Notes: a model not told the origin generated them from the letters alone. 64,000 bases of DNA from Eubacteriales Family XIII. Incertae Sedis bacterium (GCA_031256875.1 JAIRPQ010000065.1:2264-66263); one strand, 5' to 3'; shown: positions 54,226-62,224, counted from the stretch's first letter. Made by a program: numbers and translations.

Positions 54226-54294
54226 GAAACCATCACGTTGCGGGCGCGGCCTGTGGCTGACCGCCGAACCGCGCCCGCCAGGAGGTGATGTTTC
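54226..54294 (-). other. Large imperfect inverted repeat / stem-loop between the two acyl-CoA dehydrogenase genes
   Basis: The inner 10-bp GC stem is GCGGGCGCGG (54240-54249) with CCGCGCCCGC (54269-54278). The outer arms are GAAACCATCAC (54226-54236) with GTGATGTTTC (54285-54294). No U-run follows it on the minus strand. Confidence 0.5.
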
Positions 54295-55451
54295 TAACGA
54301 TTTGGCTGGTAGCCAAGCTCGATGCCCGCTACGATGGTGGTGTGGATGTTCGACGTTCCTTCAAGCGTTTCGAACTGCTTGGCGTCGCGCAGCCAGCGGC
54401 CGCACGGATACTCATCGGAATAGCCGTAGGAGCCGTATACCTTCATCGCGATATTGGCAGCGTTGACCGCCGCTTTGCACGAATACAGCTTCGCCATCGA
54501 AGTCTGCTGCTGGCTCGGCATCTTGTTCTGCTTCAGCCATGCCGCGCGGTACACGAGCTGGAGGGCTGCGTCGTCCTCGAGCTTCATCTCGGCGATCTGT
54601 GCCTGTACGAGCTGGAACTTGCCGATGGGCTGGCCAAACTGTGTGCGCTCATTCGCGTATGCAACAGAGCCTTCCAGAGCTGCCGCGGACAGAGCCGCCG
54701 CGCCCGTCGCGCAACCCATGCGCGTGTTGTTCAGCATCCACATGCAGATGGGGAAGCCTTTGTTCACAGGACCGAGCAAATTCTCTTTCGGAACCTGCGC
54801 GTTCTCGAATACCAGCTCCGAGGTGGGTGCCGACCACATACCGACCTTCTTGTTGATAGGAATGCGCTCGATGCCTTCGGTGTTGTTGTAGTCGATGATG
54901 AAGCAGGACAGTCCCTTGGGGCCGCCGCCTTCTTCCGTGCAGACATAGACCAGACCGATGTCGCTCGTGTGACCGCCCGATATCCACATCTTCGAGCCGT
55001 TCAGCACATAATGGCTACCCTTGTCCTCGGCGAACATCTTCATGCTGCCGACATCCGAGCCCGAGTTCGCTTCCGTCATCGCGAAGCTGCCGACGGCCTC
55101 ACCGCTGAGCAGCGGCGGGATGAACTTTTTCTTCTGCTCGTCCGTGCCGTATTCGAGGATGGTCATCGCCGGCCCCCAGCAGTTGCCGCTGATGGAGAGT
55201 CTCCATGATGTGTGTACCTTGGCTATCTCATAGAGCGCCGTTACAGCTTCCATCCAGCCCATGCCGTTCCCGCCGTATTCTTCGGGCATGCTCCATCCGA
55301 GCAGACCCATTTCGCCCATCTTGCTCAGTATCTCGCGGCGGTAATAATGGTTTTCCTCGTCCTGCTCGACGTATGGCGCGATTTCCTTCTCAGCGAAGGA
55401 CTTCGCCATTTCCTGTACCATTCTTTGTTCTTCGGTAAATCCAAAATCCAT
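54294..55451 (-). CDS. Acyl-CoA dehydrogenase, glutaryl-CoA-dehydrogenase-like
   Basis: 385 aa. The C-terminal catalytic region FETLEGTSNIHTTIVAG resembles the GCDH signature (YEGTHDIHALILG) more than the SCAD signature. Confidence 0.65.
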   Translation of the reverse strand: MDFGFTEEQRMVQEMAKSFAEKEIAPYVEQDEENHYYRREILSKMGEMGLLGWSMPEEYGGNGMGWMEAVTALYEIAKVHTSWRLSISGNCWGPAMTILEYGTDEQKKKFIPPLLSGEAVGSFAMTEANSGSDVGSMKMFAEDKGSHYVLNGSKMWISGGHTSDIGLVYVCTEEGGGPKGLSCFIIDYNNTEGIERIPINKKVGMWSAPTSELVFENAQVPKENLLGPVNKGFPICMWMLNNTRMGCATGAAALSAAALEGSVAYANERTQFGQPIGKFQLVQAQIAEMKLEDDAALQLVYRAAWLKQNKMPSQQQTSMAKLYSCKAAVNAANIAMKVYGSYGYSDEYPCGRWLRDAKQFETLEGTSNIHTTIVAGIELGYQPNR

Positions 55452-55526
55452 AATATCCTCCTGTGGCCTTTGATGTGCCTGACTAAAATATTCTGTGCTT
55501 TCGTTCTCTCCTGCGCAATGTACCGA

Positions 55527-55736
55527 CTATTCGACGGTCGCGAGAACCTGATCTTCCTCGACGGCATCGCCTTCCTTCACGAGAATCTCTTTGACCGTGC
55601 CGTTCTCGCCATAGATGACGGTTTCCATCTTCATGGCTTCGACGATGATGACTTCGTCATCTTCGGTTATCGCATCGCCAACCTTGATGTTTATCTCCTG
55701 CACCTTGCCCGAAATCGTACTGATAAGATCTGCCAT
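55527..55736 (-). CDS. gcdC: Biotin carboxyl carrier subunit of the decarboxylase (GcdC-like, minimal)
   Basis: 69-aa biotinyl domain with the EAMKME motif. AAGGAGG RBS. Confidence 0.85.
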   Translation of the reverse strand: MADLISTISGKVQEINIKVGDAITEDDEVIIVEAMKMETVIYGENGTVKEILVKEGDAVEEDQVLATVE

Positions 55737-55892
55737 TTGTTTGCCTCCTTACAATTTTTATTTTTTTACGTGTGAACTAACGTACATTAACATACTTTTT
55801 GAGTAACAATTTTTTATGCGGTGCAGCTACTTTTTTTGCCGTCAGCCGCACCGCGAATTTCGTGCTGCTGAATCTATGATGTCAGGTGATTG

Positions 55893-57266
55893 TTACTCGG
55901 CCCACAGCTCGTCGTCCGAAAGCTTCAGCCCCGGCGCATCAGGTATCTCATACGCTATGCGGCTGATGTTGATGAGGTGGGTGAACCACAGATTTTCGCT
56001 GAGGCTGTTGTTGCCCCATGTGCCGCAGCCGAGCGTACCGGTCGGGTTGAGACCGTTCGCCAGCGTTCCGCCAAGGCTGTTCGAGCCAATCTGATTGACC
56101 GAGAAACGGGAAACCTTGATTTTGATTGCGGCCTGCTCCACATGCTCCTTCGTGTTCGAGTGGATGACGCAGCTGTGACCCGTGCCTTCGAACTCGATGT
56201 TCGCGGCGGCCTTGTCCACTGCCTCGTCCCATTCGTCGTACACATACATCGTGAGGACAGGGAAAAGCTTCTCCTTTGCGAGCGGCTCGTCCGCGCCGGT
56301 TTTCTCCACGCGCACTACGATGAGCTTCGTGTCCTCGGGAATATCGATGCCCGCGCGCTTCGCGATGTCAACAGGCTTGATGCCAACGACATCCTTTTCC
56401 ATCGCGCCGCCCGGGAAAAGCGTCTTGCGGAAGGTTTCGACCTCTGCATCGTCGCTCACGATATAAGCGCCCTGCTTTTTGAACTCCTCGGCGACCGCGT
56501 CGGCTTTCGCGCTCGGCACGAATATGGACTGCTCGCATGTACACAGCACACCGTTGTCGTAGATGCGACCCGTGATGGTCTTTGTTACGGCATCGGCGAT
56601 ATCAGCGTCGGTGTCGTAGAGGCTCTGGACGTTGCCCTGGCCTACGCCATACGCAGGCTTGCCGCTCGAATAGGCAGCCTTCACCATGCCGGGACCGCCC
56701 GTGGATATGCAGGCGTCCGTCTGCTGCATGATGAGACCCGAAACCTCTATCGAAGCTTCGTCCACAATCTGAATCAGGTCGATGGGCGCGCCGGCCGCCA
56801 CGAGAGCTTCCCTCATGACATCGACGGTCGCCTTGCCTGTCTTGACTCCCTTGGGGTGCGGGCACACGATAATCGCGTTGCCGCCCTTCAGGGCTATCAT
56901 TGCGTTGTGGATGGGCGTCATTACAGGGTTGGTCACGGGCGTAATCGCGCCGATGACCCCGATGGGCTTGGCTACTTCAACTAAACCTTCGTCCTCGATA
57001 TACCTGATGACGCCGCGGCTCGGCTTGCCTTTGAGCTTGTACCATGTGACTTTGGGCTTGCCCTGATTCTTTTTGATTTTGTCTTCGACATTGCCCATGC
57101 CTGTCTCCTCGACGGCGAGTTCCGCCAACGGGACTGCCTTGTCGTAAACGGCTTTGCCTATAGCCCTTACCGCTTTATCCACATCCGCCTGCGAGTAAGT
57201 TTCGAACTCGCTCTGCGCCTTGCGCGCTTTTGCGATTAGCTCAGCTACATGTTCCTGTGCATTCAT
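55893..57266 (-). CDS. CoA-acylating semialdehyde dehydrogenase (SucD-like)
   Basis: 457 aa, collinear with my recollection of C. kluyveri SucD: AKPIGVIGAITPVTNPVMTP, the catalytic Cys region DNGVLCTCEQS, and GCGTWGNNSLSENL. Confidence 0.8.
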   Translation of the reverse strand: MNAQEHVAELIAKARKAQSEFETYSQADVDKAVRAIGKAVYDKAVPLAELAVEETGMGNVEDKIKKNQGKPKVTWYKLKGKPSRGVIRYIEDEGLVEVAKPIGVIGAITPVTNPVMTPIHNAMIALKGGNAIIVCPHPKGVKTGKATVDVMREALVAAGAPIDLIQIVDEASIEVSGLIMQQTDACISTGGPGMVKAAYSSGKPAYGVGQGNVQSLYDTDADIADAVTKTITGRIYDNGVLCTCEQSIFVPSAKADAVAEEFKKQGAYIVSDDAEVETFRKTLFPGGAMEKDVVGIKPVDIAKRAGIDIPEDTKLIVVRVEKTGADEPLAKEKLFPVLTMYVYDEWDEAVDKAAANIEFEGTGHSCVIHSNTKEHVEQAAIKIKVSRFSVNQIGSNSLGGTLANGLNPTGTLGCGTWGNNSLSENLWFTHLINISRIAYEIPDAPGLKLSDDELWAE

Positions 57267-57309
57267 CTTTTAGCTTCCTTTCTTTGAGAGTGATACGATA
57301 CCGCTATTT

Positions 57310-58518
57310 TTACAGCGCCTCTATCGAAGCCTTCAGGATTTCAACCGCCTTGTCACAGTCCTCCTTAGTCGCGATAAGCGGAGGTACCATGCGTACGATT
57401 TTCGCTCCGATGGCTGTGGTGAGAAGATTGCGATCCAAGGCGTTGTGCTTGACATCAACAGCCCTGTCCTCGTCCAGCTCGATGGCTACGAGCAGACCGC
57501 GACCCCTGGATTCCTTCACGTGCGGCAGTGTGGCGAGCTTCTCCATGAAGTAAGCTCCTACCTCCGCAGCATTGTCGCCGAGGTTCCTGTCTATCAGCTC
57601 TTTCAGCTCGGCAATCGCAGCCGCGCACGCGACGGGGTTGCCGCCGTATGTGGTGCCGTGCGAACCGGGCGTGAACGCGCTTGCGACCTTTTCCGTCGCG
57701 CAGATGGCGCCGATGGGCATGCCGCCGCCGATGGCCTTCGCCATCGAAACGATGTCGGGCTTGATGCCGTAGTGCATATAGCCCATGGCCTTGCCTGTCC
57801 TGTACCAACCGGTCTGAATCTCGTCCATGAGGAGCAGCAGACCCTTGTCCTTGCAGAGCTGCTGGATGCCGTCCATGAACTCCTGCGTCGCTACATTGAC
57901 GCCGCCCTCGCCCTGGATAGGCTCGAGCATGATGGCGATGGTGTCGTCCGTGACCTTCGCCGCGAAATCGTCTACATTGTTGAACTCGGCATAGCTGAAC
58001 CCAGGCAGCATCGGCTTGAACCCGAGCTGGCAAGCGTTGTCAGGCTGACCCGTCGCGGACATCGCGCCGTAGGTCCTGCCGTGGAAGCTGTTCTTCGCTG
58101 TGATGATGTGATATTTGTTCTCGCCGAAATTGTCCGTGCCGTATTTGCGCGCGAGCTTGATCATGGCTTCGTTCGACTCCGTACCGGAGCTCTGGAAGAA
58201 AATCTTGTCCATGCCGATGGTCTCGCAAACGAGCTTTGCGAGAACAGCCTGCGGGATGGAGTACGGATAGTTGAACACGTGCATTACATCCTGCACCTGG
58301 TCGATTACCGCATCCACAACCTTCTTGTTGCAGCTGCCTGCGCTGTTAACGGCTATGCCGCCGTAGAAATCCAAATACGCATTGCCGTCCTGGTCATACA
58401 GGTACATGCCCTCCGCTTTGGCCGCGAGGAAAGGGAACCTCTCATATGTCTCAATCATATACTTCTCAGTATATTTTTTGACATCCTCAAACGTTAATCC
58501 TACATCTTTTAACTGCAT
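57310..58518 (-). CDS. Class-III aminotransferase (ArgD/GabT/5-aminovalerate aminotransferase-like)
   Basis: About 402 aa: YLDFYGGIAVNSAGSCN, DEIQTGWYRTGK and the PLP-lysine region DIVSMAKAIGGG. The start is set at ATG 58518 (AAGGAGG RBS). Confidence 0.85.
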   Translation of the reverse strand: MQLKDVGLTFEDVKKYTEKYMIETYERFPFLAAKAEGMYLYDQDGNAYLDFYGGIAVNSAGSCNKKVVDAVIDQVQDVMHVFNYPYSIPQAVLAKLVCETIGMDKIFFQSSGTESNEAMIKLARKYGTDNFGENKYHIITAKNSFHGRTYGAMSATGQPDNACQLGFKPMLPGFSYAEFNNVDDFAAKVTDDTIAIMLEPIQGEGGVNVATQEFMDGIQQLCKDKGLLLLMDEIQTGWYRTGKAMGYMHYGIKPDIVSMAKAIGGGMPIGAICATEKVASAFTPGSHGTTYGGNPVACAAAIAELKELIDRNLGDNAAEVGAYFMEKLATLPHVKESRGRGLLVAIELDEDRAVDVKHNALDRNLLTTAIGAKIVRMVPPLIATKEDCDKAVEILKASIEAL

Positions 58519-58560
58519 TTCGTCCTCCTTTAAGTAAGTAAATAAATAACTGTAGCGGCA

Positions 58561-58593
58561 CATTGCCGGTAACGCAGTGCACTACCGGCAATG
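58561..58593 (-). terminator. 11-bp perfect stem-loop between the two aminotransferase genes
   Basis: CATTGCCGGTA-N11-TACCGGCAATG. On the minus strand it is followed by a T-rich stretch (GTTATTTATTTACTT). Confidence 0.5.
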
Positions 58594-58603
58594 GATGAAC
58601 CTA

Positions 58604-59959
58604 TTACCAACCGTGCTTTTCGTATACGACGCCGCACGACTCGTCTATAACCTGGAGCGCCCTCTCGATATGCTCGTCCGAAATCATGAGCGGTGGCTCG
58701 ATGCGGATCGTCTTGGCGTTAATCAGGCTGCCGGACACCAGCACCTTGCGGTTGAACATCTCGTAAACGACCTCGTAGCCGATGTCGCCATCGATGAACT
58801 CCATCGCGAGGAACAGTCCGCGCCCGCGCACGTCCGTCATGAGCTTCGGATATTTCGCCTTGATTTTTTCAAGCCCTTCCATGAAGATGCCGCCCGCGCG
58901 CTTGGCCTTCCCTGGCAAATCCTCTTTCAAGATGACGTTCAGCGCCGCGATGCCGGCCGCCGTCGCGGTGGGGCTGCCGCCCGTAGTCGTGCTGTGGAGC
59001 AGCGGGTCGGGGAACATGCCTTTGAAGGCTTCTTCCGTGCAGATGCAGGCGCTGAGCGGCATGACGCCGCCGCCGATGGCCTTCGCGCAGCAGATGATGT
59101 CGGGGGCGACATCGTAGTAGTCTACGGCAAAGAGCGTACCCGTGCGGCCCATGCCCGACTGCACTTCGTCGGCCACCATCATGATGCCGTATTTGTCGCA
59201 GAGCTTGCGGATGCCCGGGATGAAGTCGTCCGGCGGGATATTGATGCCGCCCTCGCCCTGTATCGTCTCAAAGACGATGGCCGCGGGAAGCTCGCCCGTA
59301 AATTCCATGACCTCGAGCATCTTCGTCAGCATGTCTAAATCGCCGAATTTGCAGTGGCGAGTGCCCTGCAGAAGCGGCAGGAACGGCCCTCTGAAATGAG
59401 CCTTGGACGTAAGCGACAGAGCGCCCGCGGTCTTTCCGTGGAAGTCGCCCTCGAAGGCTATGAAGAAATGACGACCCGTCGCGAGCGCGGACATCTTCAG
59501 CGCCGACTCGATGGCTTCAGTGCCCGAGCTCGTAAAGAACGTGTACTGCAAATCCCCCGGCGATACGTCCGCGAGGATGCGAGCCAGCAGCGCCCTGTTG
59601 GAGTCCACGAGCTCCGCGCTCGACAGCGGCTGCTTGGATATCTGATCCGTGACCGCCTTCACGATGGTGGGGTGGCGATGCCCGCAGTTGTAAACGCCGA
59701 AGCCGCCTAAGCAGTCGATGTATTCGCGACCCTGCAGATCCATGAACGTGTCGCCGTTCGCGCTCCACTCCATGGCCATGTCGTCTTCGCCCGCGGCTTT
59801 CCTGTATTCCAAAAACCCGGGGTTGATATGTGTACCGTAATTGTGACGAATCTCCTCTATGAAGCTCTTTTGCTCGTCACCCTCCATGCCCTTCGCCTCT
59901 ATCCATTTTAGTGATTTTTCGGTGTAATCAAGCACATCTTCAAAACTTTTCCTTGGCAT
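58604..59959 (-). CDS. Class-III aminotransferase, putrescine/cadaverine aminotransferase (YgjG/PatA)-like
   Basis: 451 aa. YIDCLGGFGVYNCGHRHP, DEVQSGMGRTG, DIICCAKAIGGG and the C-terminal NAKTIRIEPPL resemble E. coli PatA as I recall it. Confidence 0.75.
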   Translation of the reverse strand: MPRKSFEDVLDYTEKSLKWIEAKGMEGDEQKSFIEEIRHNYGTHINPGFLEYRKAAGEDDMAMEWSANGDTFMDLQGREYIDCLGGFGVYNCGHRHPTIVKAVTDQISKQPLSSAELVDSNRALLARILADVSPGDLQYTFFTSSGTEAIESALKMSALATGRHFFIAFEGDFHGKTAGALSLTSKAHFRGPFLPLLQGTRHCKFGDLDMLTKMLEVMEFTGELPAAIVFETIQGEGGINIPPDDFIPGIRKLCDKYGIMMVADEVQSGMGRTGTLFAVDYYDVAPDIICCAKAIGGGVMPLSACICTEEAFKGMFPDPLLHSTTTGGSPTATAAGIAALNVILKEDLPGKAKRAGGIFMEGLEKIKAKYPKLMTDVRGRGLFLAMEFIDGDIGYEVVYEMFNRKVLVSGSLINAKTIRIEPPLMISDEHIERALQVIDESCGVVYEKHGW

Positions 59960-60056
59960 TTTTCTCTCTCCTTATAAATACTGTAATTAAGTGAAAACAT
60001 TTCTCCTGGGATAACTTATTTTCCGCTTTAATTATTTGGTCAATTTTCGAGTGTGC

Positions 60057-61697
60057 CTATTCATCGTTTTCCGCGTCGTCCGGTGGGAGACCCATCCCTG
60101 CTGCTTCCGCCGCAGCGAGGGCTTCGCCCGCGTAGCGCTTCTCGCCGAAAAGCCGGCTGAGCACGAACACCACCACTACGAACACCGCCAGCGTAGCGAG
60201 CAGCGGGATAATCGGGTTTTTCATCATGCCCGAGATGATAAATCCCACGCACGCGCAAGCCGCGCATGTCATCGAGTATGGTATCTGCGTCTTGATGTGG
60301 TCGGTATGCCTGATGTTGGACGCGGCGGATGACAGTATCGCCGTGTCAGCAAGGGGCGAGCAGTGGTTGCCGAACCCGCCGCCGCCGATGACCGCCGTGA
60401 TAGCCGCCAGCGGGGTGATGTCCATAGCGAACGCGATAGGTATGGCTATCGGCATCATGATGGCGTATGTCCCCCATGTCGCGCCTGTAGCGAATGTCAT
60501 CGCGCACGAAACCACGAAGATTATTACCGGTACGAGGAACGCGGGCACGTTCTCCTGGAAAAGCTGCGCCGCGTAGTTGGCCGTGCCCAGCTCGTCTCCA
60601 ACGCCGCCGATGGACCACGCGAGGGCTAGCAGCAAAATGACGAACAGCATGGACTTGGCGCCGACCACGAACGCCGAAAGCGACTCGGTTATGCTGGACA
60701 GCTTTTTGACCGCGTAGAACACTATCGCGAATACGACGGATATGATGACCGCGTACGTCAGCGCCAGCATGCCGTCCGTGTTGTTGAATGCGTCCAGCAG
60801 GTCGAAGCTCTCGAAGAACCCGCCTGTGTAGAGCATGAAGGTGAAGGCGAGAACTACCAGCAGCACGATGGGCGCGAGCAGGTCAATGGCCTTGCCGCCC
60901 TTCGCGACCTCGATGCTGGAGTAATCGTCCTCGTCCGCGTCCCCGCCGCTGAACGTCCTGTCGCAGAGCTGGCCGGTTTCGCGCGTACGCCGCTCGGCCT
61001 TGGCCATCGGGCCGAAGTCCATCTTGAACAGGATGACCATGATGACCATGATGATGGACAGCCAAGCGTAATAGTTGTAGGGAATGCTGCTGACGAAGGT
61101 CTGGAAAGCGTTGCCTTCCACGCCGGCAGACTTGTATGATTCGTTGATGAGCGAGCAGACGAAAGCGATCCAGCTCGACAGCGGAACGATGAGGCAGATG
61201 CCCACGGCCGTACTGTCTATAATGTAAGAAAGCTTTTCGCGCGAGACTTTGTACGAGTCCGTAATCTTCCGCATCACGGCCCCGTTCGTGAGGGCGTTAA
61301 AATAATCGTCGAAGAATATGATGAGTCCTATTCCCCACACCGTAGCCTCCGCACCTTTGCGGCTCTTTATCTTGTTGGAGAGCAGCTTACCGAAAGCATC
61401 CGACCCGCCCGACCTGACCATGAGCCCGATGAGCCCGCCAAGCATAGTAACAATAATAAGAACTTGAATATTCCACGGGTCTGTGAGCGCACCGGGGATG
61501 ACCATGTCGCCTGTCTCATCGTACGTGCCGGCAAGCAGTTCTATCAGCTTGTTCAGCGCGCCGAGCGGATTCCAGTCGCATATGATAAGGCCGCCTGTGA
61601 AAACGCCGATAAACAGCGACAACAGGACTTCCTTTGTAATAATTGCAAGCACGATAGTCAAAATGGGTGGCACCAATGACCAAACTCCTGCATCCAT
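60057..61697 (-). CDS. NhaC-family Na+/H+ antiporter-type transporter
   Basis: 546-aa polytopic protein with GGAGGAG RBS. It is the first gene of the 19-kb same-strand cluster. Confidence 0.8.
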   Translation of the reverse strand: MDAGVWSLVPPILTIVLAIITKEVLLSLFIGVFTGGLIICDWNPLGALNKLIELLAGTYDETGDMVIPGALTDPWNIQVLIIVTMLGGLIGLMVRSGGSDAFGKLLSNKIKSRKGAEATVWGIGLIIFFDDYFNALTNGAVMRKITDSYKVSREKLSYIIDSTAVGICLIVPLSSWIAFVCSLINESYKSAGVEGNAFQTFVSSIPYNYYAWLSIIMVIMVILFKMDFGPMAKAERRTRETGQLCDRTFSGGDADEDDYSSIEVAKGGKAIDLLAPIVLLVVLAFTFMLYTGGFFESFDLLDAFNNTDGMLALTYAVIISVVFAIVFYAVKKLSSITESLSAFVVGAKSMLFVILLLALAWSIGGVGDELGTANYAAQLFQENVPAFLVPVIIFVVSCAMTFATGATWGTYAIMMPIAIPIAFAMDITPLAAITAVIGGGGFGNHCSPLADTAILSSAASNIRHTDHIKTQIPYSMTCAACACVGFIISGMMKNPIIPLLATLAVFVVVVFVLSRLFGEKRYAGEALAAAEAAGMGLPPDDAENDE

Positions 61698-61844
61698 TTA
61701 TGCTCCTCCTTCTTTCCAAACACCATTGACAGACAATCAACCACATATTGTCTATGACAGGTCATGAGATAATGCCCTATCGGGCACCTGATGTATTGGA
61801 TCCTCACCTCCTTTCGGCTCTTCAACTCTGCCGACTGTTCCGTT

Positions 61845-61893
61845 TTTGCAAATTCCCATTCCCGCAATGTCTGTGCCGCTCCGGTTTTGCAAA
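61845..61893. promoter_or_regulatory. Two TTTGCAAA palindromes, 41 bp apart, flanking the -24/-12 element
   Basis: TTTGCAAA occurs at 61845-61852 and 61886-61893, inside longer direct repeats (CGTTTTTGCAAATTCC / CGGTTTTGCAAATTAC). A degenerate third copy lies around 61921-61932. Confidence 0.35.
61864..61877 (-). promoter_or_regulatory. Sigma-54-like -24/-12 element
   Basis: The minus strand reads cGGCACagacaTTGCg, which matches TGGCAC-N5-TTGC with correct GG/GC spacing. It lies ~165 nt upstream of the NhaC-type ATG. Confidence 0.35.
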
Positions 61894-61932
61894 TTACCGC
61901 TCCTGCTTCTAACTGTCCCTGCCCAAATTTTC

Positions 61933-61995
61933 AAAATAAAAAACCAGCTTATAGATGAGGCATCTGCGCAAACATATAACCTTTCTAATAGCCGG
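61933..61995 (-). terminator. Candidate intrinsic terminator within the leader
   Basis: On the minus strand, CCGGCUAU...AUAAGCUGG forms a stem (one G-U pair, one bulge) that encloses the small hairpin AGAUG-CCU-CAUCU. It is followed directly by UUUUUUAUUUU. Confidence 0.4.
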
Positions 61996-62097
61996 CTTTC
62001 GTTCAAGTCGCTCAGCCTGAGGACACAGGCCGTCATTGAGCAAAACAGCAATAATATTCATTTTCTCAAAGCCAAGACTGAGTGTCTTTATCTTTCT
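61933..62097 (-). ncRNA. Candidate ~160-nt structured leader RNA/sRNA
   Basis: It is bounded by the consensus-like promoter at 62104-62132 and the terminator at 61933-61995. It contains the stem-loop GCUCA-AUGACG-GCCUG-UGUCCU-CAGGC-UGAGC and a duplicated AUUAGAAAG motif. Confidence 0.3.
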
Positions 62098-62103
62098 AAT
62101 GCA

Positions 62104-62132
62104 ATAATACTCTCATCGCCACCCGATGTCAA
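62104..62132 (-). promoter_or_regulatory. Near-consensus sigma-70 promoter with no annotated gene directly downstream
   Basis: On the minus strand: TTGACA (62127-62132), a 17-nt spacer, and TATTAT (62104-62109). Confidence 0.5.
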
Positions 62133-62224
62133 TGCCTTTTGCGAAAAAAAAATCAATAAAAAAAATGAATGCTCATTAATGCGGACGTGTGAGGAGTGAC
62201 ATTATAATATGTTATACTTTTTGT

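Noticed and set aside
61698-62100. Lysine riboswitch upstream of the NhaC-family gene (L-boxes are known upstream of some nhaC paralogs)
   Set aside because: I could not find the conserved L-box elements (AGAGGCGC-type P1, GAAAGGGG, GUCGCCGAAG-like segments). The region is kept as an unclassified structured leader instead.
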